Assembly: GCF_006345805.1 (NCBI RefSeq)
Contig: NC_042997.1
Location: 159,526,001-159,590,000, forward strand
Length of the DNA: 64,000 bases
Direction: 5' to 3'
Origin: Octopus sinensis
Taxonomy: Eukaryota
The notes under the pieces were generated by a model that saw only the letters and a list, made by a program, of their open reading frames with translations, was not told the origin of the DNA and did no database searches. The first letter of the stretch is position 1. Every line of letters begins with the position of its first letter. Positions 39,520-53,077 of this stretch are shown piece by piece. The position numbers were made by a program, and so were the translations under genes.

Positions 39520-39700
39520 TAGTGGAAGGCTTCAGTGAAAGAGTTCTTTGCTTTGGAGGACAAGAACTGGCAGAAAGTTGGGTTCAAATGGTACAACATG
39601 ATGTCCTCTACTATGAATGCTGGGCTGCTTTTGTCATAGTTTGATGAATAAAACAAATAAATTACCAAAATATAGCAAAACTTTTGATTCACCACACACA
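39520..39700 (+). mobile_element. Mariner transposase C-terminal remnant
   Basis: VKEFFALEDKN and LAESWVQMVQHDVLYYEC. Confidence 0.6.
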
Positions 39701-42110
39701 CACAATATATATATATGTAGGGATCTAGCTTGACCCTGCCTGAGATTTGAAACCAAATCCACCCACTTGTAGCTTGTGAAAACGAGTGACAAATCCTCTC
39801 CACACTAGATGATTGATGAGGAAACATTTGACACACTAGGACCCGTGCTGGTCGAAGAAAGTTCAGTCATTTGTTTAGGGTTTGACCTACATTACCGACC
39901 AGTCTATATAACAAAGGGAATTTCCTATCTTTTCCTCTTTTTTGGGTCTGTCAGACTAAGGAGCAACATACTCTTTTGTGTCAGTTAGACCAAGGAGCAA
40001 CACTGTCTTTTGGGTCAGCCATGACCAAAAGCAGCACTTTCCTTCTGGCCACAAGAAAGACGATGCCAACTTTATCCTTTCTAGTCAGCACCGTGCATTC
40101 CTTACTCTTTCACTCTCTACTGACAGACAACCATTTTTTACACTATCAACTACTAACCAATGAGCCAACCTTTTTCTACACTATCACTATAATTACTACT
40201 GTCTTTTTAACTACCTGTTGGGCAAACGAATAAATGTATGTAAATAATATTTCTTCCTTCTTAGTGTTGATTCTTCGATGTTTACTGGTGACTCTGACGT
40301 GAGAACCTTCAAGCGTTACATCCATGCGCTACATTTAATAGTGGGCTACATCATATCACCTTCTTCATTTTCATATCCCGCCATTATCATTTGACAACCA
40401 GTGTTGGTATGTTTGCATCCCTATAATTTAACGGTTCGGCAAAAGAGGCCGATAGAATAAGTACCAGGCTTAAAAAAGAAGTATTGCAGTCGATTCTTTC
40501 GGCTAAAAATTCAAGGCGTTGCTCCAGCATGGCCGAAGTCTAATGATTGAAATCAATAAAAGATAAAAGACAGGCAGTTAAATATATGTGCGGTCATAGA
40601 GTGACTAATGGTTTCGCATCCATAAAACCTACAGCTTTACAGACGACTCGCCAGACTCTAATTACGGAGAACATATTACCTCTCTTCAAACTGGAGGTAG
40701 AAAACCGTTACGGGCAGTTAATTTGTAATCAAAGAATAATGTACATAGTTTGAGCTTTAAACAGGTCGAGTTATCTCCCTTGGATCGGTCCGGTTAGCAA
40801 ATCCTTTCTGTCTCATGAGCAAGCAGGGGATCTCCGCCCTTAGACGTTTCCAGTCTGTAAGAACTTTTTCTAGCCCTAATCGACGAACAGGGAATCCCAC
40901 ATCTGCAGCAGGTAGCTTTTAAAATAGTGGAAGGGATATATATAATGGTTTCCATTGCGCAAACGTCGGTATAGTGTAAGACACAATTAAGTTAGTTATC
41001 AATACACAGTCAAGACCAAGTGGCCTTTCTGGTGTTTCTTCTGCGCTCGTCACTGATGTTGTGTTTAATCCCAGATCGTCTCCGCTCATGAAAACATATG
41101 CTTGACCAGGACGCTTCCGTCTTTTCAGAGATACTTAATCCATTAATAATTGTCATTTTATTTTTCATGACCATATGGTGAGAAATGAAAAAGATTTTGC
41201 CGCTACTTCTAGCAGGTCAAAGTAACACATAGTAGCCCGTTCTTTTGTACTACCTTAGATAGGAGGAATACGTGTGGTAGTGGCAACTGTCTTCGTGAAG
41301 TTAGGAACTTTATTCTATGTAATATTTCTACTAATTAGTTTTTAGAGTTTTTGTTCTGTATTTTAAGTAAAACGATTAAGTGAGAATTTAGTACCTTGTC
41401 AATAGCGCAGTGGACAGATTAAGTGCGAATTAAATACCTTGTCAACAGCGCAGTGGAAAGTAATAAGGTAGCAACATATCAAAGCTTTCAACTAGCAAAC
41501 CAATATTTCAATACACCGAACTACAGCCATTTCGTAGGCTGAAGGGAGACAACTCTTTATCTTACTGTGTAAACATACATTCACAAGCAAATTTTACGAC
41601 TTGCCCCGAAGAAAGTCTTTACCAGGCCACACTATCTGCTAGAATTTGCAGCTAAATTTCAATTTACTAATGCTCTGCTACACTGGTTCTTAACCTTTTG
41701 TGTAACGCTCTTTTGTAAGTAGTTGTTATGTCTGGTGTGTTATAACTGGCGAACGATGTATCACGCCTAAACTATCTTAGCATAGATGATAATTCATAAA
41801 TTTTACCCTCAAAATGGATGGTATGAGCTTTTAACAGCAGAATGATAAAAAATCAATAGAGACAAAAGCTGTAAATTTATTTTATACATTGCAAGTTAAT
41901 GACTTTCTTGTGCCTGATAAGATGTAGCTAAATTTTCTACATCTGGTTCAATGTTAATCAAAAGAATTCATAAGTCTCTCTTTGCCTTATTGCAAATATA
42001 TTTTGTTGCTTAGTCACCAATTGAAACAGTGCACTGAATTCTTCCTCTGTTAGATATGAAGAAGGAAAAGCAGTTAATAATAATTTAGTTTCTTACTCAA
42101 GTTGAGAATA

Positions 42111-42624
42111 CCGTAAATCCTCGAGTATAGTCCGCCCTTGAGTATAATATGCAGGGGAATTTTAGGGGGCTGTACCTCTGAAAAACCTAAATCTTGTGTA
42201 TAATATGCACCCCTTCTCTAACTTGAGTCATGCGTAATTAAGCCAGCAGCACCTGGTCGAACAAACACTTCTGTGCATACAATAATGTTGATGTTCTCAA
42301 CTGTTATATGGGAATGTAAATATGTTTGCAAATTGTTTTTGTTATATGTTATTCTGTGTTCTGAATACTTTTATTTTAATAAATGTTGCTTACTGAAAGT
42401 TATGGATGATTCTTTTATGACTTCATTGCTTTCAGACTTAGTTTAAGTTATTTTCGCACCCGACATCACAAAATGCATCTGAATAAACATTGCCGAACAG
42501 CAAATAGAGACTTGGACATTGCTTAGAAACTATTTTTCATTTTTAACCTCGTATATAGTACGCACTAAGGATTTTAGCCTTTAAATTTTGGGAAAAAATG
42601 CGGATTATACTCGAGGATTTACGA
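42111..42624. mobile_element. Tc1/mariner-superfamily (pogo/Tc2-like) MITE
   Basis: 25 bp TIRs (C/T)CGTAAATCCTCGAGTATA(G/A)TCCGC flanked by TA. Confidence 0.85.
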
Positions 42625-43374
42625 TATTTGCTTTGTATTTTGGGCCAGAATGATTCATAACAAAGCTATTTGAAAATATACTTGAGCTTCGAAATAATTT
42701 TCAAGTCGATAATTTCTTTATTCAAACTTGGTTGAGTAGGAGAGACATCAGAAAGAAATGGTTTTACAACACAATCTGATGCTTTAAAATATTTAAACCA
42801 CTTCTTTAAGTGTCTGCAGATGAGAACAACTGCAATCTATATCTGCATCTAAAATTAAATTGCTATCATTGTTTTCTACTATGCGCAGGCTTGGAAACTG
42901 TAAAGAATCTCTTGTCAATAATCTCTCTTTGTTGAATCCTAATTTGCTGATAAATGCACCTATAATTCCCTTTGCCTTAATTAAATTCATATTATTTCCT
43001 TACAACTTAATGTTAACTTCATTTAATTTAGAGAAAATATCAGAAAGATATGCAATGTCAGTTATTTTGTTGCTTTGTTTCTTATATATATCCTCATCAT
43101 ATGAATTAAGAAATTCTAAAACAGTATCATAGATATAAAGATGCTTTAAAAAATTTTCATTTGAGAGCCACCACACCTCAGTATAAAGCAGTAGGTGTTT
43201 AGATTTTTCTTGTTTTTCTGGGCAAATCTTCTGAAAGACACAGTCATTCACTGACTGGGTCTTTATTTTATTCACTGTTGTAATTACATCATTCAATGTG
43301 TTACATAGTGTACCACCAAAATGTTTTGCAGTCGAGTGTTCTTGATGAAAAACCCAGTGAACTGCAAATATATA

Positions 43375-43765
43375 CTCTTTACTCTTTTTACTCTTTTACT
43401 TGTTTCAGTCATTTGACTGCGGCCATGCTGGAGTACCGCCTTTAGTTGAACAATAAGCCCAGTACTTATTCTATCGGTCTCTTTTTGCCGAACCACTAAG
43501 TGACGGGGACGTAAACACACCAGCATTGGTTGTCAAGCAATGCTAGGGGGACAAACACAGACACACAAACACACACACACATATATATATATACATATAT
43601 ACGACAGGCTTCTTTCAGTTTCCGTTTACCAAATCTACTCACAAGGCATTGGTCGGCCCGGGGCTATAGTAGAAGACACTTACCCAAGATGCCACGCAGT
43701 GGGACTGAATCCGGAACCATGTGGCTGGTTAGCAAGCTACTTACCACACAGCCACTCCTGCGCCT
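43375..43765 (-). mobile_element. SINE family A, full copy nested in the hAT remnant
   Basis: Complete head to tail; transposase homology resumes on both sides. Confidence 0.9.
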
Positions 43766-44033
43766 ATGTTGAATTTCTTCCTTTAAATGTGCTATAAGTC
43801 CATGATAATCGCCTATTGAGGCTGGTGCTCAGTCTGTTGCATAAGCAGTAATATTTCTGAGAGGAGCATTCTCAGAATTAAAAAAAATTATTTAACAGTC
43901 TTAAAAATTGTAAAACCTTTTGTGCCAAGTACCATTTTTTTCAGCAAAGTGAAACTCTTCAACAATTTCCTGATTTGAATTTACATAACTGGCGTAAGCC
44001 ATTAACAAAGATTCAGGATCTTTTCCATTTGGA

Positions 44034-44428
44034 CGGCAGTTTTTAACATAATTAACATAATTTTTAGTTAACTAAAAAATTTTAAACTTCGTATACTGGT
44101 AGAATGTGTTTATAAAACATCTTTTTCTCTTGGCTTTATTGTGAAAATTCTATAGTTTGTAAGATATTTGTTGTTTTTTTCTGCAATTTCAACCAATCAC
44201 CGATGTCTGTTGAGTAAAAAACATTCTGTACCGTATGAATATGTCCCTTGTTTAAGAAACAGATTGGGTTTATTTACATTTGTGAAGAAAAAACGATACC
44301 CTTCCTCCCACCCCTACCCTAACCCTAACTAACCTTAACCCTAAAACAGATTGAAAAGCAATAGATCGATACTAGGGTCATAATTATGGGTGACAATTTC
44401 ATATGACACCGCTAGAAAAAACTGCCAT
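44034..44428. mobile_element. MITE with short GGCAGTTTT TIRs and internal (CCCTAA)-like repeats
   Basis: GGCAGTTTTT at ~44035 and AAAAACTGCC at ~44418-44427. Confidence 0.55.
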
Positions 44429-45269
44429 TCAAACCAAAAAGATTCAAGATTCATTGACCCATAAAGTTGACTCATCAAGCTGTAAGGAAAATTCTTCATT
44501 TACTTTCCATATCTTTCTTAGTATCAGCATGGAATCAAAGAACTGGCAGAAAAGTGGCCTCAGATGGTGCAATGCGATTCTTGGTTTACTTCCCTTATCC
44601 TTTGCCATGTCATCTATTCTTTCTGCTACTGTACTACTACTGAGAGGAACTGATACTGTTACAGCAATTTTACCTGAGTAAATCATAGTATTCAAAACTT
44701 CATTTATAGCTAGTGAGAGGAGAGTTTCGCTAATTGTGTATAGTTTTCCACATTGAGCAAATAATTTTGAAAGTCTATAAGACGTAACCAACCCCTTCTC
44801 CATTTGCTTAGATTGTTTGATAAACAACCCTTTGGGAGTTAAACCTTTTAAAATAATTTTTCATTTGGTGAATATAGTCCTTATCTTCGCCAGCTTTATC
44901 TGGATGCATTTTTGTAAATGTTCAATCATTCTTGAGAAGGTCTTTTTTCACATATTAAACATAATGGTAATTGCTCATTATTTATAAATAGAATAAGAAA
45001 TCCATATTTCAAATATTCACTTGAGTGTTGACAGCACTTTCTTTTCCTACACATTCTAAATTTTTAAAATGGTAACATACACAACAATTGTATATAATTA
45101 AGTCACTTAACAAAATATAATGGAGATCCCAGTGTATGAAGAAAACAAGTAAAACTGTGTTCCTAAAAAATACTATTCATAAAAGAAATATAACATTAAA
45201 AATCAATTTTTTGTGTTCAATCATATCTTTATCCATGATATATACATGATATATACATGGTATACACAT

Positions 45270-45672
45270 AGGCACAGGAGTAGCTGTGTGGTAAGTAGCT
45301 TGCTTACCAACCACATGGTTCTGGGTTCATTCCCACTGTGTGGCACCTTGGGCAAGTGTCGTCTACTATAGCTCGAGCCGACCAAAGCCATGTGAGTGGA
45401 TTTGGTAGATGGAAACTGAAAGAAGCCCGTCGTATATATATATATATGCATGTGTGTGTGTTTGTGTATCTGTGTTTGTCCCCCAACATCGCTTGACAAC
45501 CGATGGTGGCGTGTTTACATCCCCATAACTTAGTGGTTTGGCAAAAGAGACCGATAGAATAAGTACTAGGCTTCCAAAGAATAATTCCTGGAGTTGACTT
45601 GCTCGACAAAAGGTGGTGATCCAGCATGGCTGCAGTCAAATGACTAAAACAAGTAAAAGATTAAAGAGTAAG
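45270..45672 (+). mobile_element. SINE family A, intact reference copy
   Basis: tRNA A/B boxes, CCTTGGGCAAGT core-like segment, internal (TA)/(TG) tract, 3' tail. Confidence 0.9.
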
Positions 45673-45709
45673 AGATGTATACTTATCTTTCGTTTTATTT
45701 TAATAATCA

Positions 45710-46104
45710 CTAGCAGTATCACCCGGCATTGCTCGGGTTTGTAAGGGAAATAACTATATAAGCATTTTTAGAGTTATAGCCAAAAAATAGCAAAAATATG
45801 CATTAAAAATGGAAAAAAAATGATGGTAAATTTTTTTAAAATCGTTGACTCATCGTAGACATTTTTAGAGAGTTACTTCCCTTATATAATAGAGAAAAAA
45901 TGCATTAAAATGGAAAAAAATGATGGTAAATTTTTTTTTAAATTGTAGACTCATCGTAGACACACGCTAATACCCAGAAGGGCTCGATATGAATCACGAC
46001 AATAAGATACCTGGTTTTGGTTAAACTGCATCGCAAAATGTGGGAGTAGTTAGGAATCTAAATCGTAGGAGACAGACACACAACTTCACTTTTATATATA
46101 AAGA
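45710..46104 (-). mobile_element. Complete non-autonomous Helitron, family A
   Basis: A|TC...CTAG|T termini on the minus strand. Confidence 0.85.
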
Positions 46105-47049
46105 TTACTAGTTTTATCATGTATACTATAATAACTACTGTAGGTAAAATTTAGTATGTTAATCATGTTACCCCACTGCCCTTTACAACTTAACACTGCC
46201 TGTGAAATGCCCAATACCACCTTAGGAGTGGTACTGGCCACATGTAGAACCATTGCTTTACTAAAAGAAAGACAGACTGTTTATAGCTGGAACACAATTA
46301 AGCATAGTTGTGCTTGACACGTGTTTAAACAACAACAACAAACAGTATGCATGAAGTGGAGTATATATTTTAACCCAGGACTCAATAAAATATCTGCAGT
46401 GAGATATGAACTTATGAACAGTTAATTAACAATCTGATACTATATCTACTTGATCATTTGACATCTACATGACATAAAACTTATTTATTTATTATTTATT
46501 ATTTATTATTTATTTATTCTTTTGGACACAATCCTGTATTTCATTCATGTGAATTGGCAAAAAAAAGCAAAAAAGCAAAAAACAAAAAAAGAACTTTAGA
46601 GTATTAGACAAAATGCTTTCTAATATTTAGTTATTGATCTTTATGTACTATGTTCAAATCTGACCAAGGTTGATTTGCTTTCCATCATTCTTTGTTGGTA
46701 AAATAACATGGCAGTCAAGTATTGGTTTGGATATGATTGACTACATCAAATCCCCTAAATTTAAAGTTTAGTGTCGTTGTTAGGAATCATGACATGAGAG
46801 ACTTAGGGCAGCGAATACGTACAAATGATAGAGCGCTGCACAAAATGCTTTGCTTATTTAATTCAGAATCTTTATGTTCTACATTCAAATCACATATGAG
46901 TTTGACTTTCAGGTGTCAATATAATAAAGTGTTAGGCACAATAATATCCAGTTTAACCGTTCCACATATTTGAAATTTTATACAGATATGAAATTGAAAT
47001 CATAATGAAGGTGATGTATTAAAAAAAATTTGATAAAAGTTTTGGACAA

Positions 47050-47395
47050 ATTGAGACCCTAAGACCCCCTTTGGTCATCACTGACTGTGGGATTGCACCT
47101 AGACAGTTACCCTCCTAGGCACAAGTCTGAGCAAGGTTGTTTATGGAAGACCAGCAGTCACCCATGCATACTGGCCTCCCCTCTCCATGCCACCAGTGTT
47201 ATCCAAGGGAAAGGCAAGGGCCGATACAGCTTGGCACCTGTGACGTCACAACTCATTTCTACAGCTGAGTGAACTGGAGCAACGTGAAATAAAGTGTCTT
47301 GCTCAATAACACAACACGCAACCCTGTCCAGGATTCAAAATCACAACCTCACAATTGTATGCTCGATGCTCTAACCACTGAGCCATGCACCTTCA
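47050..47395 (-). mobile_element. SINE family C
   Basis: Minus-strand head TGGCTCAGTGGTTAGAGCATC...TTTGAATCC. Confidence 0.7.
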
Positions 47396-48129
47396 CAAAT
47401 TATTACAAGGTAATAAGCCACATTTTTATATTTGATTTTTATCTTTTATCCTTCCTGTATAAATAAAAGAAGAATCAGAATGAATGTAATTGGCTGTTAT
47501 CTCACAATAAATTTGTGCTCTTGCACTTCTGTTAGAGAGCTATATCATGGTGAAACTGAAACTTATTGGAGCACAAGGCAAAATTCTTTACACTATCTAA
47601 AGAGTTTCAGAGTTAAAATATTACTGGAATTCACATTATTTTTGCTTGAAGTTGTAAGGTAAAAGTTAAAAATATCAATAATATATTCAAATTGAGACAC
47701 TTGACTATATCCATCCTTCTCTCTCACCTTTCATCCATCTACTCCACCAATCCATTCATACACACATGCACATACATATATATTTAGATTCAATGTTTGT
47801 TCAGATTTGTATTCTTTGTTTTATACATGTACTCTTATGCACATAGCTGCATGTTTAGACATGAACTTATGCATATAAGTATGTATGTATGTGTGTGAGT
47901 GTGCCTGTATCTATGTATCTACCTATCTATGCCTACCTACCTACCTACCTACACACACACACACATGCACACATATATGTATGTATATATGTAAGTAGCA
48001 CTTATGAGGCTACTGGTAACATGGAATCCAGTACAACCTGTTACATGGTTGCATTGTCAGTGACTAAACTGGCACCCCCATCAGGCTACCCTAGTGAAGA
48101 GGGTTGCTAGAACCCAGCAGGATTAAAAA

Positions 48130-48755
48130 CAAGACCTGTAGAAAGATTGGATGAACCTAGTGCAAGCTCAACGGCTGTTTGGTAATAGTATGGGTATGTA
48201 GAAATTCCGGGATGGTGTATGGCATGCTAGAAGACCACTGGGAGAGAGGCCCCCCCTCAACATAATAATCAAGGAGGTTGCAGTCTGGGGAGTCAGGTGG
48301 CCAGATGTTAAGGGTGATATGGTTATAGAAATTGTATAACAGCCATGACTGGGTTCTCCTGCTTGTGTGGCATGGTTCAGAGTCCTGTTGCCAGACATAG
48401 TGTCTTCCAGCAGTCACCCACATCACACAGGGCAGCACTACATCCTCCAGGCACTTGATATAGGCCTCTATGTTGAGTTTGAGGCCATGTGGGAAGTTGA
48501 ATAGAAGCATAACATCGCCATCACTAGTGATCACTCCAAACACCATGATGTTTGGATGTTTGATTTTTATCACTCTTGGTACACATCCCCAAATTGCACT
48601 GTCCTCAAATTGACACTCAAACACTCTGAAATATTTATATTGTAGCTTCTGGCATGAATGCCAAGCAGTACAGCATGGTGTTTCCAAATTTTTGGCATAG
48701 TGAATTGCCTCATGGTGCTGTGTTTCTCACAGATGGTACCCACCTGACCCTACTA
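48130..48755 (-). mobile_element. DD37D (maT-like) transposase remnant
   Basis: WQQD...SPDCNLLD with 37 residues between the two Asp. Confidence 0.8.
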
Positions 48756-48844
48756 TACTGTGTAGTCAACAAAATCAAAAGCAAACAATGCTCATGTACG
48801 AAATTAAAAATATAAAATGGCGACAGTTTACCCATCATACCCTG

Positions 48845-48923
<79 letters not shown>

Positions 48924-48969
48924 TTGTCTGTCTGTCTCTCTATGTATCTATCTATCTATATGTATATAT

Positions 48970-49300
48970 ATCATTATCATCATCATTTAACGTCCATTGT
49001 TCATGCTGGCTTGGGTTGGATGGTTTGACTGGGCTGGCATGCTGGACGGCTGCACCAAACTCTAGTCTGATTTGGCATGGTTTTCTACAGCTGGATGCCC
49101 TTCCTAATGCTAACTACTCCAAGGGTGTAATAATAGGTGCTTTTACATGCCACCGGCATGGGTGCCATTTGCATGATACAGGGGTGCTTTTATGTACCAG
49201 TTTGTGTGACACCTGTATCTGCCATGACTGCAATTTTGCTCGTCTTGATGTGTCTTCGTCTCAAGCATGACATAATCCAAAGGTCTTGGTTATTGCCTCC
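48970..49300 (-). mobile_element. RTE LINE 3' UTR fragment
   Basis: Homologous to 4740-4930 and 16524-16720. Confidence 0.7.
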
Positions 49301-49689
49301 ATCTGGCCCAACACACAGACACACACATATATATAAAGGTAAGATCAACAAAAAATACTCCATCCAGTGAGAGATTTAATATGATTTAATATACACAATT
49401 TACAAAAGAGCTACTAACAGTTTTATGCTTTAGCAATACAATAATTTGGCAGATCTATATAACATGCCAAGTATCTATAAGCAATTTTTCAGGTTCAGTG
49501 TATCTCGCTAGGTGTGGTCTCTAAGTCATGAGAAAAATCGAAAAGAGAAAAACAGGAAGAAAAAGCACGAAGAAGCTTGATGACAAAAGTGGAAATAGAA
49601 GAAAGAAAAGTAGAAAGCCAAAGTCTTTGTCTGTAGAAATCATAATTAATATTGCTGGTGTAGCGGAGGTATAATTCTATAAGCGTGTG

Positions 49690-50830
49690 GTGTCCTCCAG
49701 TTCAACAACAAAAACTTGTCCATGTGCTAGCAATTGCCAAAAGTTTTGGATCTGGAATTAAGTAGTGTTGGGGAAAATTCATCACCCAATGGTTTGGGAT
49801 CATGCTTCAAAAACACTTGTGCGACTGCTGTTAATATTTTTGGTTTGAGGACATTGAAGCACAAAGACTTGTTCAATGAAAATAACTCAGAAGTATCTGC
49901 AATCCTAGACATCAAGCATACATTACACCAGGAATTATTCAACCCTTATTCATGTGGAAAGGAACACTTAAAAATAGAAGAATTAAAGAAATGCTATGTA
50001 TCAGAGTTGCAGCGAGAACTGAGGCCAATGTAAGACATGTGGTGGTTGAGCATATCTACTGATATTCAACTGGCCCTTGACAAAACGTCTATAGAACAAT
50101 GTACAATTCTTTAAAGTGGACCTTTGATCCTCACCAATCAACTACTGCTCCTCCGTTACAAAAACGGATACATTTTAATCAGTGATATTAAAAACACCCT
50201 AAAGTGATGCCCAGATCACACCATGAATATTTTTCACATTTCAACCAAAAATAAACAAAAGCTTTATAAAAGATTTACTGTGGTCTTAACATAAAGGAAG
50301 TAAAGATTTCTCTTAGATCAATTTAGAAAATTCCCCAAGAATCCATGTTATGCAAACCGAGGTAATTCAGCAGAACGGAAATGTAGCGACTAAACTTGAG
50401 ATCACCCACTGATTGGCAACATGTAGAATGGTCCACCAGTTACACAAGTTTGGAAAGATACTATACCCGTTTTTACTGTATAAGTGAAATTTAAGTCAAT
50501 GTGCAGCCACTTTTGTGATATTTTCTCACTTGCAACTGTTGATAAGATATTCGCTTGATTTTCATTGAAATGTTTGCAGATATTATATATTCCACCGTTG
50601 TTCCCTAGTCTCAATGTGGATTCAGATTTGATAGAAGAACCATAGATACGATCTTTAGCAACAGCTGTTGCAAGAGAAGTGCATAGAACAGGGGTTCCTC
50701 GATTTACTAAGGTTTCATTGATTTAACGAAAGCTTTTGACTTTATGAACAAAAAGTCATAGTGAAGAATATTGGGAAAGTTAGGGTGTTCCATTAAGTTT
50801 ATCGATATATTTGCTCAGTGGCGTTAAACA
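49690..50830 (+). mobile_element. Old RTE (BovB-like) LINE remnant
   Basis: Broken RT motifs CGFRFDRRTIDTIF and FIDLTKAFD...ILGKLGCSIKFIDIF at ~50630-50820; extent of the left part is uncertain. Confidence 0.6.
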
Positions 50831-52680
50831 AGAAAATATACCTGATATAGAGACTACCGAAGAGACGTGAAGGCATTAACCAAACATCAAGAGGTTGCAT
50901 TAACTCTCAACAAGCAACTAAATTGATAAATTATTTTCGAAATAAATTTCATTAGAAGTTAAATATTTTATCTAAAATCTATTTACAAGATACCTTGAAC
51001 TATCATGAATGAATCTTACATAGGATGGAAAATAAAATAAATTGGATTATACAAAATGTCAATTGACATTTTAAATAGATAGCGATGATGAAAAATTACA
51101 GTGGATTATAGAAAAGGTGTTTCCCCATACATCTCTACTACTGATATTTTGCCAAACGGACTGCCTCTACATGCTCACTTGTCCCGTATGTTACAGCAGT
51201 GGAATCTTCCTCAAATCACATCCTGCCGTCGTTAAGGCCAACCAACCCACATTAGATAATGTAGTCCTATATACTTATAAAGATTGGAATGCCATGGTTG
51301 GAATGACCAGTTTGCTCCAATACAGTTGATTTGGAACGAAATTATAACAACAACTACTATTTAGTTAACAAGGTAGCTTCTACATAGCCAAACACCTGCG
51401 AGAAGTGACAAACAATACCCTAAATTTTCCTACAAAGTTAAAACTTATGACAGCTTAAAAACAATATTTTTTTCATTTCTGAGTTATTTTTAACCGTGAT
51501 ACTTAAAACAGCCAGGCACCTGGTGCAGCGTCATAATAGTTCTGGTTGGATGTGATGTGGTTTATAAATTCGTTTGTGAGGTATCTCAAATAGTCTTGTC
51601 ATGTATGAAGTTCAAAAGAAATTTGAGCACAGTATTAAATGTCCTCGTCGTCCTCCTCCACCCCCTCGTCCTCGTCCTCATCCTCATCCTCCTCGTCCTC
51701 TTCCTCCTCCCCTTCGTCGTCGTAGATGATAAACCTGAAAGTTGCACAAAGTTCCTGTCTGATTTGGCATGGTTTCTACAGCTGGAACGCCAACCACACC
51801 AACCACGCCAGCAGTGTAATGAGTACTTTTACGTAGCTAATTCTCTCCTGAACTATACTCTACCGTCTTGAAAAAGAGCGGTCATAATGGAAAATGTAAC
51901 CCTAGAGACTGTATATTAAAAAAAAAATCAAGATAAATGAGAGGCATAATAAATTATAATTTATATAATTTATTATAATGTATAATAAATTACATAGTTT
52001 TCAAACAGGTAATATTGGGTCAACATTTTAATTTTGCATATCAAATAATGTAGAATTTGTGTGTTTACTGAGGGATTATTTCATCTGATTTAGCAGATAC
52101 ATTGGGTCTATGTTTCATTGAGAACCTCAAACAAATCCTTAATATATCCCATAGTTGTCAGAATAATCAAACTAGCATTGGTCGTTGACTAATATTGTCT
52201 TTTTCCTGGTAGCACAATTATTTGTAATTTGCTTTTAATCTTCACTGCCTTAAATATATCAACACTAACTAACATAACTAGCTGGAAAAATTAAACACTG
52301 GTAGCTATGGGCGAATGAGCGTCTCTACTTGATTGATTCACCTATCCGAAACATCAGCTAAAGTACACTCAAACCATACCCTTCTGTCTTAACAAAAAGG
52401 CATATTGAATAATTTAATCAAGAATACCATATAACTGAACAAATCATCAGAATGGTCATGGCTGAAATGCCTTTGATCATAGATCTGTATAGTCGAGAAT
52501 GATTTGGGATAATGTCAAATAATCAAATCTGTCTCAAATCACACCATACGATTTCATAAACGAAAGAATTAAATGCAGATTTTTAATGAGGGTAAAGTAG
52601 ACACCAGTAAAGCATATCTGAGAAAAGAAAAACATGATTCTCAAGGCTAGAATTACTTTGATAGTAGCACTGTCCACTAA

Positions 52681-53077
52681 GGCGGCGAGCTGGTAGAAAC
52701 ATTAGCACGCTGGACGAAATGCTTAGCTGTATTTCGTCTGCCGTTACGTTCTGAGTTCAAATTCCGTCGAGGTTGACTTTGCCTTTCATCCTTTCGGGGT
52801 CGATTAAATAATTACCAGTTACGCACTGGGGTCGATATAATCGACTTAATCCGTTTGTCTGTCCTTGTTTGTCCTCTCTGTGTTTAGCCCCTTGTGGGTA
52901 GTAAAGAAATAGGTATTTCCTCTGTCTTTACGTTCTGAGTTCAAATTCCGCCGAGGTAAACTTTGCCTTTCATCCTTTCGAGGTCGATAAATTAAGTACC
53001 AGTTACGCACTGGGGTCGATGTAATCGACTGGCATCCTCCCCCAAAATTTCAGGCCTTGTGTCTAGAGTAGAAAAGA
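52681..53077 (+). mobile_element. SINE family B with internal tandem duplication; second copy at 54374-54593
   Basis: GGCGGCGAGCTGG head; GAGTTCAAATTCC B-box segment present twice. Confidence 0.8.

Larger units (their letters stand above)
42650..45010 (-). mobile_element. Degenerate hAT Buster/Charlie transposase, interrupted by a SINE and a MITE
   Basis: FSLQLDEST, LLLYTEVWWLS, IAYLSDIFSKLNEVNIKL and IGAFISKL fragments. Confidence 0.85.

Noticed and set aside
41375-41460. Repeated unit superficially like a CRISPR repeat-spacer
   Set aside because: Two adjacent tandem units without unique spacers, in eukaryotic DNA
44315-44345. CCCTAA telomere-like repeats
   Set aside because: Few and imperfect, internal to a MITE
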